The notes beneath the pieces were generated by a model. That model worked only from the letters and a program-made list of their open reading frames with translations, did no database searches and had not been told where the DNA came from. From the human T2T-CHM13v2.0 reference genome, Homo sapiens, in NCBI RefSeq assembly GCF_009914755.1, contig NC_060927.1: a DNA stretch of 64,000 nucleotides, one strand, 5' to 3'. Of this stretch, positions 39,601 through 53,150 are shown piece by piece (the stretch's first letter is position 1; every line of letters starts with the position of its first letter). Position numbers and translations under genes: made by a program.

Positions 39601-39953
39601 TGATATGGTTTGATTCCATGTCCCCACTTAAATCTCATCCCCAGTTGTAATCCCCACGTGTCAAGGGAGGGAAGCATTTGGACTCTGGGGGCTGTTTCGC
39701 CCATGCTGGTCTCATAATAGTGAGTGAGTTCTCATGGGATCTGATGGTTTTATAAAGAGCAGTTTTTTCCTGCACTCTCACTTTTCTCTCCTGCTGCCAT
39801 GTGAAGAAGGTGACTGCTTCCCCTTCCACCATGATTATAAGTTTCCTGAGGCCTCCCCAGTCATGCAGAACTGTGAGTCAATTAAACCTCTTTCCTTTAG
39901 AAACTACACAGTCTCAGGTATTTCCTTATAGCAGTGTGAAAACGGACTACACA
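39601..39953 (+). mobile_element. Solo THE1D-like (MaLR) LTR
   Basis: TGATATGGTTTG...GGACTAcACA termini; perfect 5-bp TSD GAGGG. Confidence 0.93.
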
Positions 39954-42789
39954 GAGGGATAATCTATATGTGATTAAATTTTAACAACTTTGAAAATAGG
40001 AAGAGGTCTAGAAATGTTTACTTATTCTTTCAACTGGGTACATTTCAGTGTATTTGAAATGTGTACACTAAAACATTTAACAATATATGCTTTGGATTTG
40101 GACAGATTGGTTCCTTATGCTTGATTTGATTCTAAAATTGTTTTTGATTTCCATCTTTATAGTGCTTTTGGCTGTTCTTAGTCATTTACAGACCCTGAGA
40201 TGCCTTTGCTGACAGGAGCAGAAGTGTAGGCAATTGACACGTGACTCAGTGAGGAATCTGACAGCTTTGGCCAGTCTCCCTTTTTTATATGACTTCTCTT
40301 CTTCCTTTTATCTAGATGGCTTTTGCTCTCTGGGGGCAAACGATTCCAGACTGTTTTGCTCTCTTTCACTTTTTACTGCAGGGTCTAATTACCTGTGTGG
40401 TACCTGTGAATGGGAAACTACCCAGTGGCTTTCAAAAACTGTCCCTCAGGCACACAAAATAGGAAAAGAGATAAAGACCCACACCGTTTTTGCTTTCACT
40501 TGAACTATCTAAACCCTACCACAGCCACTTTCTAATCATGATATGATGCAGCTTGAGTGACTGAATGCCTACAGAGGCAAAGTTGTAATCTCTGGTACTC
40601 TCTCCTTACCCTGCCATACATTCCAGGGTAATGAACAATTTTGCTGAAGCACACCTTTCAGCTTTGAACAGTTTATAAGCTGTCCTCATGTTTTATTAAA
40701 ACATGGTGGCTTTTTCTCTCTTGCTAAATATTTAAAAATATCTTTTCAGTGTTTATAGTGTCCTGCATTCTGGGGTGCTCTGTAGATACTTGATGAATTA
40801 ATACAGCCCAGATTTTAAATATGGTATTTTCTGCAACTGGTAAACACACTGAAATATTTCTGAGAGTCTATGGAGGATAATTCGTAGGTCAAGAATAATT
40901 TCTGAGAAGTGTCTAATTAAAGTCAATTTTATATATCAAATCACAAGTGAATAGATGCAGTGATATACTGTCACTGAATTTACTTTCTTGACTTTGATGT
41001 AGATTGCTCTATATTGCTCATTTTTAATATTTATAGAGAAATACTGTAATTCAATTTTTGAGTTAAAATTAAAACAAAATACACTTCTACAAAATAGGGC
41101 TGGTGGTGGCTTAACCAAAATGGTTTTGATAATCAAGATATTATGGCTATGTTGTATTTTTCTTACCAGAACTAAGGGGCTTTCTAAATGCTATTTTCTG
41201 ATACTTTCAATTTGTAGAGTCTGAAACCCAAGTGGAATGAATGAAAGTATGTTGGGATTTTCTACATCATCATAATTGTAGAATTATGTCTGTCTTAAAC
41301 ATACAGGCTGACTCTTGGCTTCATTTTATATGGGTTTTATCAGAACCTATTAACTCTTTAAGAAAAAACATTACTTTTTTTCTTTTGTTCATACACATAT
41401 ACTTTTAGGACAGCTATCTAAGTGAAAACAGCATTTAAGTGAATATTTCTAGGAATTAATTTTTTCTATGTAGAGATCAATCTACTTTTCAGAATTTTAC
41501 AATGATATATTAGTATCAACTTTTCAACTAAAGCTTGAATTTTCTAATAAAAGTTTCCTAAATTAAAAAGAAGACCTATTTCCTTAGGAGAGCTTCACAA
41601 ATTTGTTCACCATCTCAGATCATCAAAGGACGTCATTTTTAAAACTGATCATGTTGTAAAATAATACATGGTCTAGGATAATAAGCATATAGATTACATT
41701 AATAATTATTTTAAATATTTTAAAAATATATAGACTATACATTTACAGTTGGAATAGTTTTCAAATCAATACTTTATTTCTGTACTATGATAACTATGAC
41801 AATTTAAATTGTCCACAGTCAAAATATTCAATTTAATGATAACCTTTTTGGAGTTCATAATATGGTGATAAGTAAAAAAAATAGGTTTTACAAAGTACTA
41901 TATAGTTACTTATAAAAAAATTGTCTGTGTATATTTAGCTTTATAGATAGGTGAACAGACAGCATGAAAACAAATATAACCCCATTTCGACAGTATTTAT
42001 ACCTAGGGGTTGATAATACAAAGCAAATGGAGGGATGGAGAGTTGTAATTTTTCTTGTGTTTCATTTATTTTCTAAATATTTCCATAACATGCCTTAAAT
42101 AGTATTAAAGAAAAAAAGCCATAATGCTATTTCCTCTTCAACGTGTGTGTGTATGACTTTAAAATCTCGTGAACACTTGATATGCTTGATATGAGGATTC
42201 TGCAGAAAATCCCAAATTCTGTAATATCTTAGCATGTTTGTTGGACTGAAAATATTTCTGATGACAGTCAAGGTCATTTATTAGCCAGCATGCAACACAG
42301 TCTTAAATTATCTTCTCAAAGCATTCTATCAAGTAATGATGACATGATAAGTGAATAAATGCCTATTTGTCACTAAATTAATTAATGGATTTAGCTTGTA
42401 ACCTGACTATAAGCCTCAGGATTGCGATAAAGTGTGACATCTGACATGTTAAGGAATTTCAATATTTTCAACTACAGACAATAAGTGTCAATGCAATAGT
42501 ATTGGCAATAATATCTTGGAATCCTTGTAGAAGAGACAGGATCAAAGAATACTTGGCAAGTAGGTGAGTTGATAGTGATCCACCATAAGCAGGAGCACAA
42601 AAGTTATTTAAACACTTGCTAAGATATAACAACAAATGTAGAATAACATTCACATTTAAAAGAAGAAAAATAGCTTGCCCACTTAGGTGAATCAGAAATA
42701 AACAGGCTCATTTTGAACAAAGGCACTGAATGAATCATGAGCCTTAATACCAAATGTAGTACCGTATTATGAATAGAAGTTAAGATGTT

Positions 42790-43090
42790 GGTGGGGCGCA
42801 GTGGCTCATGCCTGTAATCCCAGCACCTTAAGAGGCCAAGGTGGGCAGATCACCTGAGGTCAAGAGTTTGAGATGAGCTTGACCAACATGGTGAAACCCG
42901 TCTCTACCAAAAACACAAAAATTAGCCGGGTGTGGTGGTGCACACTTGTAATCCCAGTGACTTGGGAGGCTGAGACAGGCAGATTGCTTGAACCCAGGAG
43001 GCAGAGTTTGCAGCGAGCCGAGATTGTGCCACTGCATTCCACCCTGGGAGACACAAAGAGACTCCATCTCAAAAAAAAAAAAAAAAAAAA
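42790..43090 (+). mobile_element. AluS (Sx-like)
   Basis: Dimeric Alu, long poly(A), degenerate TSD AAGTtAAGATGtT / AAGTgAAGATGcT. Confidence 0.95.
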
Positions 43091-44144
43091 AGTGAAGATG
43101 CTGTAAGTGGAAGAGACACACATGTACTCAGGTGGAATGGAGTACTGGTCTATTATTTCTGTTACATTGAGACACACATAGGTAACACAAGTAACAGAAG
43201 CACCTTTGATCATGGCCAAAGTTGATGGCCAAATATTCAAATGCATGCATTAGTTTAGCTCCTCTTACATATGAAGTTTTATCTTACGGCTACACGCAAA
43301 AATGAGGCAAAGTCTTCCTCCAAATGTTCACAGTATTTTTTGAGGGGGCAGGCAAGGAAACACAACTGTGGAAAAATTGGCATAATATAGGTATTTATAA
43401 AGTGACTTAGAGGCAGAAGACAAAGAAACACATTCTAATTAGGATATGGAGAAGACATCCTATTGGAGGTAATGTTTGTGCTGCACATTAAATAATAAAT
43501 AATTTTCCCTCCCAATGACAACAATCACAGGAATTCATATGGCTGATGCTGCATAGAACACTTTTCAGTGACAACTACCAGTGAGGTGCCTATTTTGTAT
43601 TTTTGAGTGGAAAAAGACACGAATACTTTCAAAATTTTGTATGCATAGGCAAAGGTAATGATTATATGCTTCTTCCTATTTCAAAAGGGACAGAACATAG
43701 GAGGCTTAGAAGCAGAATTCCAAGTTTCCTCTCCAAAATAGGCCTGATTATGACTAAATAATAGTGCAATGAAAACGCGAAAGTTTAACTAAAAAAAAAT
43801 CAATTGAATCTAAATATTAACAATCCACTGCTTTAATAATATTCAAACAACACTGTATAGAACAATATTTGTCCAACAATCTAGTTAAATCTCTGTTTGT
43901 ATCTTGTTCATAGGGTTTTGTACTGTGAGGATGCTAGAGAAGGTAACCCAAAAGATCTTTACATACGAAAGTAAAATATCTGTGGTATTTTAGGATAAGC
44001 ATTCATGAATTATGGGTTTAATTTATAACCAGCATCTAATAAAGATGATAGAATTATAAAGTGAGAATTAGCCTATGAGGATCAACTTGAAGTAAATGCT
44101 TCCTTAGGCTTGTGATGGCATTAAGACCCAGAGAGAATTTTCTA

Positions 44145-46005
44145 AAATATTAGTTAAAAGAAATTAAAGACACTTTTAATAAATAGGAAAATAACTATAT
44201 TCACTGATCTGAAGACCTAATATTGTTAAGATGGCAATATTCCCCTAATTGATCTACAGATTCAACCCAATCCCTATCAGAATATGAGCTGACTTCTTTT
44301 AAGAAATTGATGAGCTAATTTAAAATAGATAGATAAATAGATGATAGATAGATTATAAGAAACTAAGACTAATTAAAACACTCTTGCAAAGAACAAAGTT
44401 GGAAGACTCACATTATCCATTTTCAAAGCTTACCTCCAAAGCAACAGTAATCAAGACAGTGTGATTCTGACATAGGCTAGATGGATTAGTGAATAAAATT
44501 GAGAGCCCAGAAACAAACCTATGTGTGTATCGTCAACTGATTTTCAACAAGGGTGCTGAGACTATTCAATGGGCAAATAATAATCTTTTCAACAAATGGT
44601 TCAGGGACAACTGGATATCCACATGCAAAAACTGGGCTCTTGTTTCACACCGTGTACAAAAATTAACTCAAAATGAATCAAATGTAAGAATGAAAACTAT
44701 AAAATTCTTAAAGGAAACAAACAGTTGAATCTATGTGACCTTGGCTTTTACCATAGATTCCTATATATGACACCAAATGCATGAGCAACAATAGAAAAAA
44801 ACAGATAAATAGGACTTCACCAAAACTAACCTTTCAAAGACACTATTAAGAAAGTGAAAACACAACCCACGGAATGGGAGAAAATATTTTAAAATGATAT
44901 ATCTGATAAAGGATCTGTGTTTAGAGTACATAAATAACAAAACAGCATAATAAAGAGATACATAGTCCAATTAATAAATGGACAAATGATCTGAATGGAT
45001 ATTTCTCCAGAGAGGATATATACAAATGGCCAATCTTTTTATATACATAAAAAAGATGCTTAACGTCATTAGTGATCAAGGAAATGCAAAGCAAAACTAC
45101 AATAAGATAGCAATTCACATGCACTAGGATGGCTGTAATAAAAAATACAGACTATAGCATATGTTGGTGAAGATATGGAGAAATTTTATCTTCACGCATT
45201 GCTAGTTGGATTGTAATATGTTACGGTGACTTTGAAAACCACTGTCCGTTCCTCAAGAAGCTTAACATAGTGTTATCATTTTGATCCAGCTAAGAGAATT
45301 CCACTCCTAAGAGAAATGAAAACATGTCCATATAAAAACTTGTACACAAATGTTCAAAGTAGCTATATTCATAATAGAGAAAAGGTAGAAACTACAATCC
45401 AAATGTCCATCAACTGATGAATGGATAAATAAAATGTGGTATATCTTTATAATGGAATGTTACTTGGCTAACAAAGGAAAAAGGATGGCTACATGCTACA
45501 ACATGTATGAACCTTGAAAACATCATGCTACATTAAAGAGGCTGGTCACAAAACACCTATATATGATTTCATTTCTACGAAGGGTTCAGAATAGGCAAAT
45601 CTATATAGACAGAAAGTAGATTAGTGTATTTTTAGTGCTGAGGGGATTGGAGAGTAGAAGGGCAGTAGCTAAAATTACAAGAATTCTTTTTTTTTAAGGG
45701 ATGGGGTCTTGCTATGTTGCCCAGGATTGAGTGCAATGGCTATTCACAGGCACCATCACAATGTACTACAGCCCCTAACTCCTGGCCTCAATTGATCCTC
45801 CCATCTCAGCCTCCCAAGTAGCTGTGACTACAGTTATGCACTGCTGCACCCAGGAGGATTTCTTTTTGAAGGGTGGAAGATGTTTTAAAATTGATTATAG
45901 TGAAATTTTCCCATGAGTATGAGTATATTAAAACCATCCAATTATACACTTCTAATTGGTGAATTGCAAGGTATATGAATTACATATCAAAAAAGCTAAT
46001 ATAAA
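44145..46005 (+). mobile_element. L1MB-type LINE-1: ORF2 3' part and 3' UTR, interrupted by (GATA)n and a FAM
   Basis: ORF 44489-44728 (NKIESPETN..QLIFNKG..IQW..LFNKW..NWISTCK) resembles the L1 ORF2p C-terminus; CAAATGTCCATCAACTGATGAATGGATAAA; GACAGAAAGTAGATTAGTG 3' UTR. Confidence 0.92.
45687..45853 (-). mobile_element. FAM (fossil Alu monomer, 7SL-derived)
   Basis: Retains the 7SL S-domain remnant GTGCAaTGGCTATTCACAGGC that dimeric Alu lacks; degenerate TSD AAGAATTCTTTTT / AGGATTTCTTTTT. Confidence 0.85.
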
Positions 46006-47149
46006 TGAGATCTGAGACCTCAACAAGGCATATAAAAAATTATGACTAAATAAAAAATTTGGCTTTATAGTTTTATGTTGCTTCAGGCACTTCAAATATA
46101 TTATCTGACTTGGTCACAGATAATCATGAGCAAAATAAACAACTTAAAGTGCATAAAGTAGTTTAGGCAGCTGCCATTGATAGCTCAACTTCATGCTGAA
46201 ATTTATTTTAAAAGATCAATTATATAAATTGTTATTCTTTTAAATGTCAAACACTCAGATTTAACTTGCCTATATATAGTTGACAATAATTAAGTAGCCC
46301 ACACGTTTCTGGCTATGTTCCTCGATTAGCAAAGTCATTTTTTTTGTTTGTTTATTTTTAAATAACAGTGAACCAAAAAACCAAAAAGATATTTTATTTT
46401 TACAAAATCAAATATTTAGTTTCTTTATGTTCCTAATTATTTTATGATAATACTTCTCATAGTTCTTTGCCTATAAGATTTTTAGTGATTATTGTTCATT
46501 TCATCCCTGTTCAATTACACTGTTTGAATAGGATGACTATTTGTTGTTGCAAGTTTTGCCTTTTTTTTATTTTAATGAAAGAAAAAGCAAAATAGAAGCT
46601 GACTATCCAGTGAATTTTCTTATGAAAAGATCTGATTTTCTTGTTTCTTTCTTTCTTTTTTTTTCTTTTTAAAGAACCAACTTCTGGGAAATTAAAAGGA
46701 GGGCACAGTGTGTCCTTAACACACATGTCTGTACGAGTTCCCATGGCTGGGAAGATGATTTAAAGTGCAGTATGTGCAACCTGTTTTTCCAGTAATTACA
46801 AATCAAGACATACGTCTTTGCAATAAAAATAAGCTAACTGCCATTCTACATAAGCATTCCTCTGTCCTTGCTGACTTAATTTGATCACACAAATATCCCA
46901 ACAAAGGTAATTTTGAACAGAACATCCTGATGCTAGATATTCCTTTTGCTAAGTTTCTTTCTTTTGAACTGCAGGAATACTTACTAGAAATTGAAGTATC
47001 CCATCAAACTTAGATTTTAGGCCTCTATAATACTCTAATACTCTAATCTTGCTGGAAAGTCATGGAGGAAGGAATAAATAAATTTCTGAACAATGTCTTG
47101 GCAAATATATTTGACTTTTCTGTTCTCCCACCTTTACTTACTATTCCTT

Positions 47150-47630
47150 ATTTTTTCTTTTTAACTTTTTATTTGAAAATGCATATAGACTCACAAGAAA
47201 AGTATGAGGACTCACAAGAGGTTACAGGTCCCAGGTATCCATCGCTCAGCTTCCCCACTGGTAGTGTCTTACACAACTATAATGCATTATCAAAACCAGT
47301 AAAATGATATTGGCTTAACACCGTCAACTAGACTACGGACGTTAATCAGATTTCACAAGTTTTTGCCTGCACTCAGTTATTCTAATGCATATGTATCTAA
47401 TTCTGTGAAATTTAATCACACGTAGAGCTTCACGTAACCACCATCTAATCAAGATACAGAAGTGCTCTGTCACTACGAAGGAACTCCCTTGTGCCTTCCC
47501 CTTTCTACTCACACTCTGTTCCCTCCACCCAGCCGCCTTCTTTAACCTCAGAAAGCCAGTGATCTGTTTTTCTACCATATAATTTAGTCATTTTAAGAAG
47601 TTATATAGAAGGAATCCAACATATTATATA
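47150..47630 (-). mobile_element. Old L1M (MC/ME-type) 3' UTR fragment
   Basis: ACTTTTTATTTGAAAAT..AGACTCACAAGAA...ATCAAAACCAG...AATCAAGATACAGAA. Confidence 0.75.
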
Positions 47631-48258
47631 GATAGAATATATGGGCAAGATGGCCGAATAAGATTACTTACTATTGTATACATTAACTAAAAATGATTTA
47701 TAGATGTCTATTTCTTACAAATGTGACAGATTCATTATATATATATACACTCATTTAAAAATCTCAAACAGAATATAACTGTTGCACATATTAAGGGGAA
47801 GTGGAACTACTTTTAAATTTGTGACTCTATTATTATTGTACTGATTACAGAGAGTTAAGAATTAATGTTAACTTTGAAAAATTGTAGTCTTATAACACTA
47901 ACTCTTTAGTTAATAGACAACTTATTACTGACAAACTATTTTCTTAACTGTCTATCCGTAATCTAAAAGTGAAAGACTGTAGTAAAAGCACAGTGAGATA
48001 ACATTTTTTTATGTTCAGACTGCAGTATTCATTCATTTATTCAATCTCAAAATGTTTAGTTAGTGACTATTAGATATGATGTATTGTTCTGAGTCATTGA
48101 GACAAATTATTAAGAATTTAATTGGAGAGAGCAAATTGCTCTTACATGGGAAATGCTATAATAGATATATGATTAAGGTAGAAATATAGAGGAAAAAATA
48201 ATTCTGATTGAATGAGAAAGAATTAACCTCAAAAAAAGAATATAGAAACACACAGAAA

Positions 48259-48261
<3 letters not shown>

Positions 48262-48296
<35 letters not shown>
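48262..48296. repeat. (CA)n microsatellite
   Basis: About 15 uninterrupted CA units. Confidence 0.95.
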
Positions 48297-48623
48297 GAAG
48301 CACACATGTACGCAAAAATAATTTCCAAGTAGGGAAACAAAACTTGGAGTAGTCATGAGAGTGGCTGCTATATTATAAAAAGATGAGATGTTCAGTATGG
48401 TTGTATGCAATGGCTTTTACTTGTTCAATCCCTCAATCCAAGCGTGTGGACATGGAGGTGCTGGGGATAAACTCAGAGGGCCCTTTTACACCCAGCTAAA
48501 TAATTTTGATTTATTCTATAGTCAATAGGAAATTAATAGAACTTTTAATCAGAGGGCTATGGTGTTGGTGTGGAGGATGCACAAGAAGCTAGTTTCAGAA
48601 GGAACAGATAAGAAGTTATTGCA

Positions 48624-48928
<305 letters not shown>

Positions 48929-49745
48929 TTATTGTAATAGTTTAGGAAGGGCACTATACTACTGTTGCTGCTGCCACATCTAATACTATTACTGAAACTG
49001 CTGCTACTTCTACAACACTATAACAACTGGCCAGTTTATTGAGGACTTGCCAAGTACCAAGAACTCTTTTAAACTTGTCTCATCTACAGTCAGACTTAAC
49101 GCTAACCACAACCCTATGTGGCAAGGAGAATGAGAAGAAACAGAACTTATTTTCTTCACTGTTTTCAACCTCCTATACTTGGCACTTGATTTCATCAGAA
49201 TGCCTTTGCTTCCATCATCTTATCTCAATCAACTTCCTCCTGATTCTTCTGCTTCTCTGCCTTCTAAAGGCCTAATTTACCATGCCAACTTCTCTCATAC
49301 CAGTATCCTTGATTACTTTGTATCCCTATCATTCCACTGGAACTGCCTAGGAGAATTTCAACCCTGTGTCAGTGCTATAGTCCACATTTTTTGCTCTGCA
49401 AGTATACAGCTGAGTACCTCTGGATTATATCACTCAAATATGTTGAGTGGCGCAATAACAATTCAAGCACAGCAGGGCTCTCAGCACCACTGGCCAACCT
49501 TTTATAGATTTGTCTTGAACTCTGCCTCTTATTTCCTCCTGCGTCTATTTTGACACATTTGCCACAATCTACAAGTCATATACTCCAACAAGTAAGACAC
49601 CTTTGCAACAGAGTGGAATTACTAAATTTAATCATGTTCCTCCTCTACTTAAAGCTTTTAATAACAGAAAAAATAATAACACGTCAAGCCTAGAGATGTA
49701 GATTTGTGGGTCATTAGCATATAAATCTTAGAAACCATGCAAGTG

Positions 49746-50115
<370 letters not shown>

Positions 50116-50119
50116 TTAA

Positions 50120-50840
50120 ATTTTATTTTTGTTATTTTTATTTATAATGCAGCTGTAATAAGTGCAATTTACGGGGCACGGCATGATATTTTGATAAATG
50201 TATACATGGTAGAATGATCAAATCAGGGTAACTAACATCCCATCACCCTAAACATGTGTCATTTCTTTGTTTTCAGAATATTCAAAAACCTCTCTTCTAG
50301 CTACTTGGAAATATACATTATTGTTAATTCTACTTATCTTACTAGGCAATAGAAAACCAGAACATATTCCTCTTATCTAACTGCAGCTTTGTACCTGTTG
50401 ACCAATCTGTCACTATTCCTCCCTCCTACCTCCTCTCCCCGTCCTCTGGTAACCACTGTTCTACTCTCTAATTCTATCAGAACAACATTTAGATTCCATA
50501 TATTTGTAAACGGTGCCGTATTTGTCTTTCTGTGCCTAGCTTATTCCACCGAACATAATGCCCTCCAGGTTCATCCATGTCGCTGCAAATTACAGGATTT
50601 TATTCTTTTTATGACTGAATAGTGTTCCATTATGTATATATACATCACATTTTCTTTATCCATTCACCCATTAATGGACATTTAGGTTGATTCTGTATCT
50701 TGGGTATTGTGAAGAGTGCTACAGTAAAGACAGGAGTGCAGAAATATCTTCAACATACTGATTTTATTTCCTTTTTGGATGTAGACCTAGTAGTAGAATT
50801 GCTGGATCATATAGTATTTCTATTTATAACTTTTTGAGAA
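50120..50840 (-). mobile_element. L1MA-type LINE-1 3' region
   Basis: ATGATCAAATCAGGGTAA...CTCTTCTAGCTA...CTCTGGTAACCAC...TTTTCTTTATCCATTCA...AATTGCTGGATCATAT. Confidence 0.9.
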
Positions 50841-50918
50841 AAGTAGTTCATTTTTACGCTTAAAAACTCAAAAATGTAGCTTTTATTCCATATGCTATTC
50901 TAAATTATTAACATTTTT

Positions 50919-51208
50919 GGCCAGAAATGGTGGCTCACACTTGTAATCCCATTATTTTGGGAGGCCGAGGCAGGCAGATCACTTGAAGCCAGAAGTTCCA
51001 GACTAGCCTGGCCAACATGGCAAAACTCTTTCTCTAATAAAAATACAAAAATTAGCCAGGTGTGGTGGTGCACACCTGAAATCCCAGCTACTCAGGAGAC
51101 TGAGGCACAAGAATCATCCAAACCTGGGAGGTGGAGGTTGCAGTGGGCTAAGATACTGCCACTACCCTCCAGCCTGTGTGTCAGAGTGAGACTCTGTCTA
51201 AATAAAAG
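50919..51208 (+). mobile_element. Diverged Alu (Sz/J-age)
   Basis: Dimeric Alu, CpG-depleted, short tail, degenerate TSD. Confidence 0.92.
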
Positions 51209-52889
51209 ATTAAAATATTACAATTTTTATTTTAACAGAGATGATACACTATTATTTCAGAATAAATGCTAATCAAATCAATCTTTTGACCTCAGAGTTA
51301 TAGTATTGTAAGGCACAATTCATTAATAGAGTAAGTCTCAACATGTAAATCTAACACCTATTCCAAATATGTAAGATGCTTTGATTACAATACTGACATC
51401 CCTCCATTACCATTCACTTCATCTTTGGCATAGAGTCTTTCAACTGTAAATGTATTCTTGGGATCTAATCTTTATCAGGAAGACAAGACTCATAAGGTAA
51501 CAAAATGTTGACATTTCATTGTTTTTTCCCTTTTATTTATGTCATTGAAGATACCAGTATCTGAATTTGTTTCCACTTCTGCAATCCTGACATTTGCTAG
51601 CAAATGTGCTAGTGTGTAGTTTGTATTTCCATTTGTAAAGGAAATCAATGACTGAAAGACATTCGCAGGGCATTCAGGGCAGGTTCATCAGATCAACTAG
51701 GAAACTAGAATTTCCCTGAGTTAATGGAATTGTTCAAGTCTCCTTGAGTTGCACTATGGTTTCAAGCCATTTAGTATTTGAAATAATGTCAATGTTCTCT
51801 GTTCCTGGGAACTTAAATTCCAGTCAAAGGGAACTGATTTCTTTTGTTGTATATTGATATGAGTTGGGAAATTCAGGGACTCATGATAGTAAGTCAGCCC
51901 AATTTCTAGAATCATTACATTTATCTTTATTTCTGCTTCTGGAGGAGTTTATCTTCATAATCATTAGTGTAAGGCCCAAATGGTACATTGAAACAATAAG
52001 AAAAATTACCCTAGAAATTTCCACCTAAAAAATTATTAGAAGCATGCTCTACTACTCTCTTCTTTTCCTGACTCTATCAAGTCATGAGGGCACATGCCTG
52101 AATGAAGTTACTTTGGATTTACAAAGGCAGTGACAATAACCTTTGAGAGCCCACCCTGTTTGTAAGTTAAGAGGCTTCTCTATATATTTAAGGGGCAAAA
52201 ACCTGTTAGATGTCCATCCCATGAGCAATTGCAGTATGCGTTTCATGTCAGAGAGTTAATGGAAATGCCTCAGGTAGTCAGCTAAAAAGAAAATCATTAT
52301 GTCAATTAAAAACATTAATTGGGGTAATTACAAGGAGGTCATGGTTTATATAGAATTTAGTTATAATTTCTACAATTATCCTCAGTTACACAAGAAAAAA
52401 ATAATGACACTGTTTATCTGAAGTATTTACCTAACTGAAAACTGCAACTACAGAGAGGGTACATATACATGTTTCAACTGAACTGGATCTACCACAAGTC
52501 TGGTTGTAAGCTAATGAATTTCCCCGAGGACAAGGTGGTTTGGAGAGAACATAAGACTTCTAAAACACCACATATTGCCAAATTGGATTCCTTAATTTTG
52601 ACTTTGTTTTATGTGAGTCTCATTTAAGTTTAATTGCTAACCTCTAGCACTAACCTTCTCTAGTTGTGGAGCCAGAGGTATTTCCGTACATATAAAATTT
52701 GAAATCTGGCTCCTGACTTTCTTAAACTTCATAAGTGGAATTTAATTTCATTTGCGGATTAGTGGAAACAAGAAATAAAATATGAAATTAATGGGGGGAT
52801 AGCATTTTACATACCAACTTTTTAGTCTCTTTCTATTCCCAGAAAGAAATACAAAATTGGGGTTTGTCTGATGGTGTGTTTTTTAGGTG

Positions 52890-53150
52890 GATTAGAATAT
52901 CGGTTAAGAGCATGATCTCTGGAGCTGACTTTCTTGGTTTAAATTCTGGCTTCGTCACTTACATAGCTATGTGACATTGGTCATGTAAGCTATTCTCTTT
53001 GCCTCAATTTCTTTATCTATAAAATGAAATTGTGAAAAAATACTATTTATCTATAGGGATGTTACAATAATTAAACATCTTAGTAACTATGAAACACTAA
53101 GAATAGTGTTTGGCATAAAATAATCATTACATATAGATACGGCTATTCAT
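52890..53150 (+). mobile_element. MIR SINE
   Basis: GGTTAAGAGCATG..CTGGAGC..AATTCTGGCT..GCTATGTGAC..GCCTCAATTTCTTTATCTATAAAATG. Confidence 0.8.

Noticed and set aside
46814-46968. Minus-strand exon-like segment with one open frame
   Set aside because: Weak polypyrimidine tract and donor, length not a multiple of 3, and the peptide is not recognisable.
51590-51607. Perfect 18-bp palindrome ACATTTGCTAGCAAATGT
   Set aside because: Roughly one palindrome with 9-bp arms is expected by chance in 64 kb of AT-rich DNA.
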